A stretch of DNA of 32,000 nucleotides from an uncultured Fibrobacteraceae bacterium (GTDB lineage: Bacteria; Fibrobacterota; Chitinivibrionia; Chitinivibrionales; Chitinispirillaceae), in assembly GCA_963735155.1 (NCBI GenBank), contig CAVTJU010000001.1:216223-248222 (forward strand), in the 5' to 3' direction. Below are positions 1-9,044 of this stretch, in pieces (the first letter of the stretch is position 1; every line of letters begins with the position of its first letter). The position numbers and the translations under genes are program-made. The notes below the pieces were generated by a model that did no database searches, was not told the origin of the DNA, and saw only the letters and a program-made list of their open reading frames with translations.

Positions 1-177
1 AAAAAGTATTTGGATGAAAAGCTGACAGAAAATAGCAACATAATTGTGATGGCTCATGGTCTGAGCAATTTTACCTTAGGAAGAGAATTGAAAAGAGATA
101 ATTGGGAAATTTTGGAAAGTGTAAATGGAAACAAATTCTGGTCATATAAGAAATATTACAAGATGTTTCAGAGTTAG
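1..177 (+). CDS. 3' end of an unidentified CDS that enters from upstream of the window
   Basis: Frame 1 is open from nt 1 to TAG at 175-177 (...NIIVMAHGLSNFTLGRELKRDNWEILESVNGNKFWSYKKYYKMFQS*). No family recognised with confidence. Confidence 0.35.
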   Translation, partial: KKYLDEKLTENSNIIVMAHGLSNFTLGRELKRDNWEILESVNGNKFWSYKKYYKMFQS

Positions 178-522
178 TATTGGACGCCAAATTAAGATAA
201 AGGCCCTTATGTTACTATTGCTGCAGAATTAGTGATGAATAGACAATTAAATCATCTATAGTGAAAAAATCGGTATTTTTCAAATTTTATCTGCTTTATT
301 TTTCATCAATTCAGTACTCTATAACATAAAATATTTATATCCCGCCTCGGTTGTTTATTTCACATTTGATATAGTGCTCATTACGAAGAGCGGTTTTTAC
401 ATCATAATATCTGATAGTTATTTGGATTACGATGATTATTGTTTATACTATGTATAAGAGCTGCTCACAGAAAAACTCAAATATCCATAATGACTGAATC
501 TGCTTTGTCGTACTTGAAAATT

Positions 523-747
523 CTAAGCCTGGGTTTTCATATATATAAAAAGGTCTTCAACCTTTTTTCTTGCCCAGGGGGTGGTCCTTAGAAATTTTAA
601 ACTCGATTTAATACTAGGATTATTTGTGAAACACTTAATGCGAATCATCTCGCTTAAAGCTTCCCAGCCATAATGTTTAACAAGTTCATTGAGCATATTT
701 TCAAGAGTAACACCGTGAAGCGGATCATTGTTTTGAGCGCAGATCAT
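523..747 (-). CDS. small DUF2132 / VF530-like putative DNA-binding protein
   Basis: 74-aa ORF. The string [57 protein letters not shown] matches my memory of the DUF2132 (VF530) consensus (PLHG.TLE..L..LV..YGWE.L......[21 protein letters not shown]). Confidence 0.6.
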   Translation of the reverse strand: MICAQNNDPLHGVTLENMLNELVKHYGWEALSEMIRIKCFTNNPSIKSSLKFLRTTPWARKKVEDLFIYMKTQA

Positions 748-910
748 TTTTTCTCTTCATTTTAAGTTTTTGATATTTTATAAAATACTAAAAATATATG
801 TAAAAATGCATTCAATCTTTTCGGTAATTTAAATTTGTGGTTTAGCAAAATTTGAAGAGATTGTAAGGAAATCAGGGTATCAAAGCAATTTATAAATAAT
901 GATTTCAGAG

Positions 911-2674
911 TTAATTTGTTTTGGTTTTACAATTAGCTGGGACTGTGAAGAAAAAAGTACTGCCTTCTCCCAGTTTAGATTTTACCCAGATAGTACCGCC
1001 GTGTGCCTGAATTATCTCTTTGGAAATAGATAGCCCAAGCCCGCTCCCCTTAGTTTTACTGGATCGGTTGTTTTTCCCCCGATAAAAACGATCGAAAATT
1101 TTGGGTATATCATCTTCTGCAATTCCACTGCCAGTGTCCTGAACAGCGACAAGAAATTCTGAGTTTTTCATATCGATGCAGACGGTGATTTTTCCACCTG
1201 CGCCGGTGTGATGAATTGCGTTATATAGTAAGTTAAGATAGACCTGTTTTAATTTTTCTTTGTCGCCATGAATTTTGGGAAGCGAGCTGCAATTGACCTG
1301 ATAGGAAACACTGATCGCTGGAGGAATCCGCATCGCATTAATAGTTTCTTTTGTGAGTTCGATGATATCAAATTCTTCTATATTAAGTTCAGCCGACTTT
1401 TTTTCAATTCTTGCGATATCCAGTAAATTGGTAACAAGTTTGGATAATCTGATCCCTTCTGATTCTATTATATGAAGGTAGCGTTCTCGTTCTTCATTGT
1501 CAATATGTATGTCTTTTGATAAGAGTGTCTGAGTAAACCCGATAATACTGATAAGAGGGGTTCGAAGTTCATGCGAAGCCAATGAGACGAATTCGTTTTT
1601 TTGTTCATTGAGCATTTTAAGTTGACTGTTAGCTTCTTCAAGCTCACGATTTGCTCTTTTTAGCTCTTCATTGATTTTAAGGATATCATTCGCATACTTT
1701 TCAATCTTTTCCTGATAATTTTTTAATTCAGTGATATCTGTATGTGTGCCGATCATTCGCATTGGAACTCCGGTATTAGTAAATTGAATTACCTTTCCTG
1801 AGGAAAGAATCCATTTCCAGTCTCCTGTGCGAGTTCGCATACGGTATTCACTTTTGAGAACAGATCTTTTGCCTTTTAAACATGCATTGAAAGAGCTAAG
1901 CGTTTTTTCCTTATCATCTGGATGCAACCAGTTAATAATCATTTCAAGTGAAACATGAAGCTCTCCGGGGTTGTAGCCAAGCATTGTTTCCCATTCAGGG
2001 CTGACAGTAATAGACCCGGTAAAAAAATCGAAATCGAATAAACCCTGATTTGCGGCCATAAGTGCCAGGCGCAACCTTTCTTCACTGACACGCAGTTCTT
2101 CCAATGCCTGTTTACGAATGGAAATGTCGGTAACCATATTCAAGATACCGGTAAAGTGTTTTTTTGAGTCAGTCAGTGGAGTTGCGGAAACAAAGGTCCA
2201 AAGTACATTACCCTTGTTGTTAACGAATCTGGTCTCATAAGTTTGTGGAGTGCCATTTTTCAGAGATTCAAGCAGCTCATTGAAATGCGGTTTATCTTCT
2301 TCAAAAATAAATTTACATATTTGCTGTCCGGGTAATTCATAAATCGTACATCCGAGTAAAAAAGACATGTGGTTATTAACAAAAGATATCCTAAGATTTT
2401 CATCAAGGACAAGAATGCCTTCATGTGCAGTATCGACGATTTGCCTGTATTTTTCTTCGCTTTCTTTGATTCGCAAACGAGCGGCTTCAAGATCTTCGAG
2501 AATGTTAAGCAGTGCAGTGGTTCTTTGATCCTGAAAATCTTTGATCTCATTTAGTTCGTCAATTTGTCTTTGCAGTTGAGGATAATAACTTTTTTTGAGA
2601 GATTTTTCACCCAACCCGATGATCTGCTCTCTTCGAGTTCTATTATCAGGATCGGAATCAGAGTGCATTTTCAT
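911..2674 (-). CDS. cytoplasmic multi-PAS sensor histidine kinase
   Basis: H-box SHELRTPLISIIG and HATPase_c motifs (NLLYNAIHHT, DTGSGI, GSGLGLSI). Two PAS-like segments and coiled-coil linkers, with no TM helix. I place the start at ATG 2674 (MKMHSDSD...), preceded by GAGGAG 7 nt upstream. The track's longer ORF to 2839 overlaps the ADH gene. Confidence 0.85.
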   Translation of the reverse strand: MKMHSDSDPDNRTRREQIIGLGEKSLKKSYYPQLQRQIDELNEIKDFQDQRTTALLNILEDLEAARLRIKESEEKYRQIVDTAHEGILVLDENLRISFVNNHMSFLLGCTIYELPGQQICKFIFEEDKPHFNELLESLKNGTPQTYETRFVNNKGNVLWTFVSATPLTDSKKHFTGILNMVTDISIRKQALEELRVSEERLRLALMAANQGLFDFDFFTGSITVSPEWETMLGYNPGELHVSLEMIINWLHPDDKEKTLSSFNACLKGKRSVLKSEYRMRTRTGDWKWILSSGKVIQFTNTGVPMRMIGTHTDITELKNYQEKIEKYANDILKINEELKRANRELEEANSQLKMLNEQKNEFVSLASHELRTPLISIIGFTQTLLSKDIHIDNEERERYLHIIESEGIRLSKLVTNLLDIARIEKKSAELNIEEFDIIELTKETINAMRIPPAISVSYQVNCSSLPKIHGDKEKLKQVYLNLLYNAIHHTGAGGKITVCIDMKNSEFLVAVQDTGSGIAEDDIPKIFDRFYRGKNNRSSKTKGSGLGLSISKEIIQAHGGTIWVKSKLGEGSTFFFTVPANCKTKTN

Positions 2675-3806
2675 ATATCTCCTCGATATCTTGTATCGAA
2701 GGTTCTTTAGGATTGGTTGCGGTACAAGGGTCATAATACGCATGTTTAGCACAAAATGGAATATCGTTTTTTTGTACTCCCATATCGGAAAGAGATTTAG
2801 TAACTCCGACCTCTCTTTTAAAAGAGATGATACTCTCAATTAACCTCTGTTTTTTTTGATTATAGGTGAGACCTTTACAATCGATGCCTATAGCTTCAGC
2901 AATATGACAATACTGTTCAGCAGCACTGTCGAAATTGTAATTGATGACATGCTCAAGCATAACCGCATTGCATTCGCCATGGGCAAGATCGTATTTGCCA
3001 CCCAGACTATGGGTCATGGCATGAACTAAGCCAAGGCTGGCATTTGAAAACGCGAGTCCGGCTAGTAAACTGCCTAACATCATGAAATTGCGGTAATCCA
3101 CTTCAGTGGGATATTCCGCAGCCTTTGGAAGAGCTTTCTTGACCAATCGTAAAGCCTCAAATGCATGCATGTCAGTAACAGGTGAGTTTGCATTGGAGAC
3201 AATTGCCTCGATACCGTGGGTGAAAGCATCCATTCCGGTATTTACAGTTAATTCCTTTGGCATTGTAGTAGAAGTCAATGGATCAATAAGCGCGGCATCG
3301 GGTACGATTGCTTTACTGATTATAGCTATTTTCAACAGGCTTTCTGAATCGGTGATGATCGCAAATTGGGATACATCAGCAGAAGATCCAGCGGTAGTAG
3401 GCACGCAAATCAGTGGTGGACTAGGTAATGAGATTTTGTCAACTCCAGCAAACCTTAGAATGTGTTCATCATTACTTGTTACAATACCTATACCCTTTGC
3501 ACAATCCATTGGGCTTCCACCACCAACAGCGATTATTATATTACATTGCTTTTGAAGATAAAGTTCTGCTCCTGACATCACCTCATAGTCTCTGGGATTA
3601 GGTGAAACATCAGAGAAAATTTCATATTTAATACCCTCTCGTTCCAGTACGGCTTGAATTTTTCCGGCCCAGCCATAAGAAATTACTCCCGAATCAGTGA
3701 CAAGAAGAGCCTTTTTTACACCAAGATTTTGGGCATATTGAGGTACTAAATCAATTGCACCTTCGCCCAAAACAAATTCCGGTATGACAAATTTTCTTGG
3801 TTCCAT
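2658..3806 (-). CDS. iron-containing (group III) alcohol dehydrogenase
   Basis: 382 aa. Has the GGGSPMDCAKG nucleotide-binding motif and the metal-binding His cluster (FTHGIEA, HAMTHSLGGKYDLAHGECNA). AAAGGA SD sits 4-5 nt before the ATG. The stop overlaps the downstream kinase start by 17 nt. Confidence 0.9.
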   Translation of the reverse strand: MEPRKFVIPEFVLGEGAIDLVPQYAQNLGVKKALLVTDSGVISYGWAGKIQAVLEREGIKYEIFSDVSPNPRDYEVMSGAELYLQKQCNIIIAVGGGSPMDCAKGIGIVTSNDEHILRFAGVDKISLPSPPLICVPTTAGSSADVSQFAIITDSESLLKIAIISKAIVPDAALIDPLTSTTMPKELTVNTGMDAFTHGIEAIVSNANSPVTDMHAFEALRLVKKALPKAAEYPTEVDYRNFMMLGSLLAGLAFSNASLGLVHAMTHSLGGKYDLAHGECNAVMLEHVINYNFDSAAEQYCHIAEAIGIDCKGLTYNQKKQRLIESIISFKREVGVTKSLSDMGVQKNDIPFCAKHAYYDPCTATNPKEPSIQDIEEIYENAL

Positions 3807-3821
3807 ATAATCCTTTCCGGC

Positions 3822-4565
3822 TTACTTCTGCAGGCGAGTTTCCAGTTCATGGATTTTGTTTTTCAATTCGATCATCTTTAATTCCCGTCCAACAATCAAA
3901 CGTTCCATCCGTTCCAATTCAGCATTTCTTTTTCGAAGTAATTCTTCAGCTTGTTTGCGCTCAAGTATTTCATTTTTAAGATTTTCGTTCATCAAAACTA
4001 ATTCTGTAATACGTTCTTTTACTCGTGATTCCAGTTCTTCTTGTGACTTTTTTAAGTCAGTTTCCAGTTGATTTCTTTTTTCAATCTCAGATTCAAGCTG
4101 AATATTTGTGAGATGGAGTTGCTCTGCCTGTTTTTGAAGCAGCAGATTTTGGTTACGGACTTTAAGATATGTGTCGATACAGTGTAAAAGGGTATCGTTG
4201 TTTACAGGTTTAGTAACGCAATCATCTGCAATGGATAACAATTCTTTACATTTAAAGTTATCATCTATCATTAAAATTACAGGCGTTCCATAAGTATTGT
4301 CACTTGATTTTAACATACGTACCAGTTCAAATGAATCTGTTTCAGGAATGTCACTATCCAGAAAAATTAAATCAGGTGTTTTACAATGTAAATTTTTAAC
4401 ATCTTTTATTACACCTTGTAAAATTTCTACACAGAAACCCTTTTCAATAAGAATATCTTTGATGCTTTTGACAGATGAGATGCAGTAAACAATAAACAGG
4501 ATAAGAGGGACATGGTGATTCGCATTGTCTCCTAATTCGGATAGCGTATCACGAATTGTAGTCAT
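3822..4565 (-). CDS. receiver-like (pseudo-receiver) domain protein with long C-terminal coiled coil
   Basis: The N-terminal ~125 aa follows a CheY-like pattern (DLIFLDSDIPE at beta3, CVTKPV at beta5). The beta1 acidic pair is replaced (LILFIVYCISS). The C-terminal ~110 aa are heptad-rich (QLESEIEKRNQLETDLKKSQEELESRVKE...GRELKMIELKNKIHELETRLQK). The stop lies 15 nt before the ADH start. Confidence 0.75.
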   Translation of the reverse strand: MTTIRDTLSELGDNANHHVPLILFIVYCISSVKSIKDILIEKGFCVEILQGVIKDVKNLHCKTPDLIFLDSDIPETDSFELVRMLKSSDNTYGTPVILMIDDNFKCKELLSIADDCVTKPVNNDTLLHCIDTYLKVRNQNLLLQKQAEQLHLTNIQLESEIEKRNQLETDLKKSQEELESRVKERITELVLMNENLKNEILERKQAEELLRKRNAELERMERLIVGRELKMIELKNKIHELETRLQK

Positions 4566-4943
4566 ATCGTGTTAACCAGTTTTGTATCGTGTTCAAAAAT
4601 TCTACCTGGAAAAATAGCAGCTCTACTGAAATATTATGCAATTTCAGGTTAATTCTTTATGAATTAGTGTGCACATTCCATACCAAAAGGTAATGAGAAG
4701 AGAATCTGTTTAGTTTCTGTTAAGAATTAACATACGCTCCCTCTAAATCCACCCCTTCGGGTACTTCCCCGCAGGAGGCTTTTGAGAATGCAGATCTTTG
4801 ATAATTTGGAGTTCTTACAAGTCCCTCTGCGGATTAAGGGACGATAATTTTATGTCACAAGAATACAGCTATTTTAAACAAATACTATTTAAATAAATTA
4901 AGAAAATGTGGGATAAAAAGATGTTTTAATGTTAAGAAAAGGT

Positions 4944-4966
4944 GGACTCTTCTCTTAAAAGAGTCC
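4944..4966 (-). terminator. putative Rho-independent terminator of the lipoprotein gene
   Basis: GGACTCTT-N7-AAGAGTCC, an 8-bp perfect stem, begins 15 nt after the stop at 4981. On the minus strand it is followed by ACCTTTTCTTAAC. Confidence 0.5.
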
Positions 4967-4980
4967 ATCGGAAGAATTCT

Positions 4981-5691
4981 TTAATTGGAGTTACCAGTTG
5001 CATCCTGGATAATTTCTTTAATATCTTTGCTGCGCTTATGGAAAATGTAGGTTCCATGCTCAAAACCATTTTTGGATATGTCCCAGCCGCTCCATGAAAC
5101 AAAATCACCGTATTTATCCTTTGTATTGTAAACCGCTGTTGTTTGGTCATCAAATACCCACGTCATTACTGTATCTGATTGATCGAAATTTACCTGAACA
5201 TCTCTGAATTTATGGTAAATGGTTACATCTAGATCTGATGATCCTATTCCTATCAGCTTCAGTAGTTCAACGATAGATTTCTGGCCAGGCAGACCTTCAA
5301 GTTTCATTTCAATGGTGAATCTGTCAACATCACCATCACCAATAAACCATTCTCCAGCCGTTAAACTCAAACTGGCGTAGTTCATTACCTGGTCGATCGT
5401 TGACATTACTTTAGTATAGTTGTTGTTTCCATATACGATATGAAGAAACATGGGCCCGCCGGTTGAACTCACTTGATTGGCGCTTCCTAAATAGAATGCG
5501 GTAACGGGAAAGTTTATATCTTTTGTAATGTTTGAATCATTATCATCGTATGCTTCTGTAAGGACCCATACCCCTTCCATTTTGTCTTTTGTCGGAGTGT
5601 TCAGACTCTCAAACGGATCCCAGGAACAGTTTAAAAAAACAAGCGCTGTGACTAGTAGACAATACCTGATACTATAAATACCTTTTAACAT
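4981..5691 (-). CDS. hypothetical lipoprotein
   Basis: I place the start at ATG 5691, preceded by AAGGAGAG. The N-terminus MLKGIYSIRYCLLVTALVFLNCS has a signal peptide with a lipobox-like L-N-C. The rest matches no family I recognise. Confidence 0.65.
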   Translation of the reverse strand: MLKGIYSIRYCLLVTALVFLNCSWDPFESLNTPTKDKMEGVWVLTEAYDDNDSNITKDINFPVTAFYLGSANQVSSTGGPMFLHIVYGNNNYTKVMSTIDQVMNYASLSLTAGEWFIGDGDVDRFTIEMKLEGLPGQKSIVELLKLIGIGSSDLDVTIYHKFRDVQVNFDQSDTVMTWVFDDQTTAVYNTKDKYGDFVSWSGWDISKNGFEHGTYIFHKRSKDIKEIIQDATGNSN

Positions 5692-6095
5692 TTGTACTCT
5701 CCTTAGAAAACATAAGATCAATTCCGACCGGGAAATACATGGTTACAAATTATATCACGTGGTAAGATCACATCAAAGAAATTACAACCATCCATTTAGT
5801 AATAGGAAAAATTTTCAAAAAGAACCCTTTTTGAATATGCAACATAGTAGGGATACTCCTCTTAAATGATCTCAGTAAAGATCATGCGAACAACTCCAGA
5901 CAAAACATACCTTTAAGTTTACCATCAGCTCATGTTTATTTAAAGGGAGAATTTATTTCGCATTCCTAAACGATTTTAATTATATGCATTCGATATGAAT
6001 CAATGTGATTAGATTTTCGATTGGGATGATTTTTGCAGTTTTCAATAGTTTAATCAAATTAGTTGTAAAGTGCTGCATAGATGTGGATTACTATT

Positions 6096-7590
6096 ATGAC
6101 TAGAACGAAAAATTTCAATCATTGGAGCTGGTCCGGGAGGTCTTTCTGCAGCGATGATTCTAAGCCATAGAGGCTATGATGTTACTGTTTTTGAAAAGGA
6201 AGCTGATCCTGGTGGGAGAAATCGTGCTTTTCACCTGGGGCCCTATACGTTTAATTTCGGTCCTACATTTTTTATGCTGCCAAATGTCCTCAAAGAAATT
6301 TTTTATTTATCCGGTAAACAATTCGAAGATTATCTCGATCTAATCCGAATTGAGCCAATGTATAATCTTGCATTTGAAAACATGGCGATTCAGCACTATA
6401 ATGATCAACATAAAATGCAGCAGGAAATTGAAAATAAATTTCCAGGTAATGAAAACGCTGTCACTGATTTTTTGAATAAAGAAAAAATACGTTTTGAAAG
6501 AATGTATCCTTGCCTGAAAAAAGCATATCCTTCGATATTTAGCATGGTTTCGTTGCCATTGATTCGTGCATTGCCACAGCTATCAATATTTAAATCTCTT
6601 TTTCAGGTATTGGATCACTACTTTAATGGAGAGCAGTTGATCGTCTCTTTTACATTTCAATCCAAATATCTTGGTATGTCACCATGGAAATGTCCTGGTG
6701 CATTCGGCATAATTCCCTATATTGAACATAAATATGGAATAGATTACCTGCGAGGCGGGTTGGGTACGATCTCTGTAGCGATGTCAAAAGTTGCAGCCGA
6801 GAATGGGGCGAAAATTCGTCTGTTAACGCCTGTTCATAAGGTAGTAGTAAAAAATGGTACTGCTCAAGGGGTAGAACTTAACAACGGAGAGTTTTTTCCA
6901 TCAGATGCAGTTGTTCTCAATGCTGATTTCGGTTTTGCAATGAAGACTTTGTTTGCGCCGGGAGTAATAAAAAAATGGAAGCCGGAGAATTTACTGAAAA
7001 AAACATATTCCTGTTCTACCTTTATGCTTTATTTGGGACTTGATACACAGTACAAAGAGCACCATCATACGATACTTTTTGCAGATAATTACCGTAGCGA
7101 AATGAACAGTATCGAGAAAAATGAAAAATTGAACGAAGATTTTTCAGTATATCTCAATAATGCAAGTATTATTGATCCAACACTTGCACCGCCGGGACAT
7201 AGCGCGCTCTATATATTAGTCCCGGTTGCTAATTTAAAAAGTTCAATGCAATGGACAAAAGAGGAATGCATGGCATTTCGCAATAAGATCATAAACAGAA
7301 TAAAACTGCGCACTTCGATGAATGATATTGACCAGCATATAAAAGCAGAGTTTATCATTTCACCACGCGACTGGGAGCATAATCACAATCTCTTTATTGG
7401 GGCAACTTTTAACTTAGGTCACACTCTTAACCAGATGCTTTATTTCAGGCCACATAACCGTTTTGAAGAAGTAAACAGATTATATTTATGCGGAGGAGGA
7501 ACACATCCCGGTTCTGGCTTACCGACAATATTTGAATCTGGTCGAATCAGCTCCGATCTGATATCAAAGGATCTTCCCTTAAAAAAGTAA
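6096..7590 (+). CDS. CrtI/CrtN-family (phytoene-desaturase-like) FAD-dependent oxidoreductase, N-terminus interrupted by a 1-nt frameshift
   Basis: The track ORF 6154-7590 has CrtI-type segments (FNFGPTFFMLP, VLNADF, LYLCGGGTHPGSGLPTIFESG). The Rossmann motif IIGAGPGGLSAA lies in the same frame upstream (6118-6153), bounded by TGA at 6097-6099 with no in-frame start. ATG 6096 is in the -1-offset frame. Removing one A from the A5 run at 6108-6112 gives MTRTKISIIGAGPGGLSAAMILSHRGYDVTVFEK. Confidence 0.8.
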
Positions 7591-8961
7591 ACGTCTCATT
7601 ATTGAGATCGCTTTCCATGATAATCGATAAGGAGGATATAGAAGTCGAAACTCAAATACAGATGATTTTCTCATTATACTTCGGATGTAACTGAATTGAT
7701 TAAATCCTGCCTTACCACCATATTTTCCCATACCACTGCAACCTATACCACCGAAAGGTAAACCACGCGCGACCATTAAGTGTAAAGTCCCATTATAGCA
7801 GATATTTCCTGATTTCGTCTCCTGTTCGATGCGTTTTTGTAAGTAATTACTATTTGTAAAACAATATATTGCTAAAGGTGATGGATGAGTGTTAAGGTAA
7901 TTGATTATCTCATCAAGGGAATCATAGGTAATTACAGGAAGAATCGGTCCAAAGATTTCCTCCTGCATCAAGGGACTGTCCCATTTTACATTAGTCATTA
8001 CAGTTGGAGCAATATACTTTTGTTTACGGATACACTTGCCACCAGTTACGACCTGACCACAACGGATCAGTTTCTGTAGACGATCGAAATGTGAATCATT
8101 AATGATACGTGCATAATCAGGGCTTTTTAAGGGATCGCTTCCAAACATATTTTGTATAAATAAATTTAAACAGTTAATAAATTCACGATTTTGTGTGCGA
8201 GGAATAAGGACAAAGTCTGGTGCCACACAGGTCTGGCCCGCATTGAAGAATTTCCCCCAGGCGATTCGCCTGGCAGCAGTTTTCAGGTTACAATCAGCAC
8301 TTACTATGCAAGGATTTTTCCCTCCGAGTTCTAAAGTGACCGGAATAAGGTGTTCGGCACATTGTTTCATAACAATGTGTCCGGTTCTGGTACTACCTAT
8401 AAAGAACAGATAATCAATATTTGATGAAATCAGCTTGGATGTGATTTCAGGGTTCCCAGGAACAACAGACACTTGCTCTGGTAAAAACGAGTCAGATAGT
8501 ATCGAATGAATACATTCAGCAGTTGCAGGGGTGAATTCAGAAGGTTTTAGAATGACACAATTCCCGGCGCTGATGGCATTCACTAATGGGCGCATGATAA
8601 GTCCAAAAGGATAGTTCCAGGGGCCAACGATAAGTACCGATCCGAATGGATAGGGGAATTGCCATGCTGATGCGGGTTGATTTATTAGAGGGATTCTATG
8701 AAAATGTGGACGAATCCAATTTTTCAAATTTTTGAGATTATCTTCAATTTCGTTAAGAACTGTACAAAGCTCGCTCGTGTAAATTTCGATAAGAGGTCGT
8801 TTGAAATCGGATGATAGTGCGTGAATGATTGTATTCTGATTGGAAAGGATTACGTTTTTTAGTTTTTGCAGGACATCGCGACGGTAAGTGAATTGTAAAG
8901 TTTTTCCAGTCAGGAAGAAAGTCTTTTGCATCTGTACTATATTGTTATAATCAATTTTCAT
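7579..8961 (-). CDS. NAD(P)-dependent aldehyde dehydrogenase, ALDH3-like
   Basis: Catalytic Glu (ELGGKNPCIV), catalytic Cys (FNAGQTCVAPDF) and the GPWNYPF motif are present. Start chosen at ATG 8961 (MKIDYNN...) with GGAG upstream. The 3' end overlaps the convergent desaturase gene by 12 nt. Confidence 0.9.
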   Translation of the reverse strand: MKIDYNNIVQMQKTFFLTGKTLQFTYRRDVLQKLKNVILSNQNTIIHALSSDFKRPLIEIYTSELCTVLNEIEDNLKNLKNWIRPHFHRIPLINQPASAWQFPYPFGSVLIVGPWNYPFGLIMRPLVNAISAGNCVILKPSEFTPATAECIHSILSDSFLPEQVSVVPGNPEITSKLISSNIDYLFFIGSTRTGHIVMKQCAEHLIPVTLELGGKNPCIVSADCNLKTAARRIAWGKFFNAGQTCVAPDFVLIPRTQNREFINCLNLFIQNMFGSDPLKSPDYARIINDSHFDRLQKLIRCGQVVTGGKCIRKQKYIAPTVMTNVKWDSPLMQEEIFGPILPVITYDSLDEIINYLNTHPSPLAIYCFTNSNYLQKRIEQETKSGNICYNGTLHLMVARGLPFGGIGCSGMGKYGGKAGFNQFSYIRSIMRKSSVFEFRLLYPPYRLSWKAISIMRRLLF

Positions 8962-9044
8962 TTGAGCTCCGTGAAACACTGGCCAGTCATTTGCGGTTAA
9001 AACTTTGTGATTATCAACAAGTGTGCCTTTAATGGATTAGGCTT

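Noticed and set aside
2675-2839. 55-codon N-terminal extension of the PAS kinase ORF (track start at 2839).
   Set aside because: It overlaps the ADH C-terminus in another frame and has no kinase-like sequence. A GAGGAG SD sits 7 nt before the internal ATG 2674, which yields the conserved-looking N-terminus MKMHSD...GLGEKSLKKSYYPQLQ.
3106-3555. Antisense or out-of-frame ORFs in the track. Examples: 2260-2550, 2369-2554, 3106-3555, 3856-4071, 8195-8413, 12144-12452, 12282-12560, 15073-15351, 18324-18620, 19828-20034, 20343-20564, 23456-23758, 24558-24836, 26543-26731, 29482-29778, 31248-31691.
   Set aside because: Each lies wholly inside a longer ORF that has clear family motifs. Their translations are low-complexity and lack recognisable motifs or SD sequences, so they are shadow ORFs.
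7579-7590. 12-nt overlap of the convergent desaturase and ALDH 3' ends.
   Set aside because: This is a trivial tail-to-tail overlap, common in compact genomes, and no structure or signal is evident.
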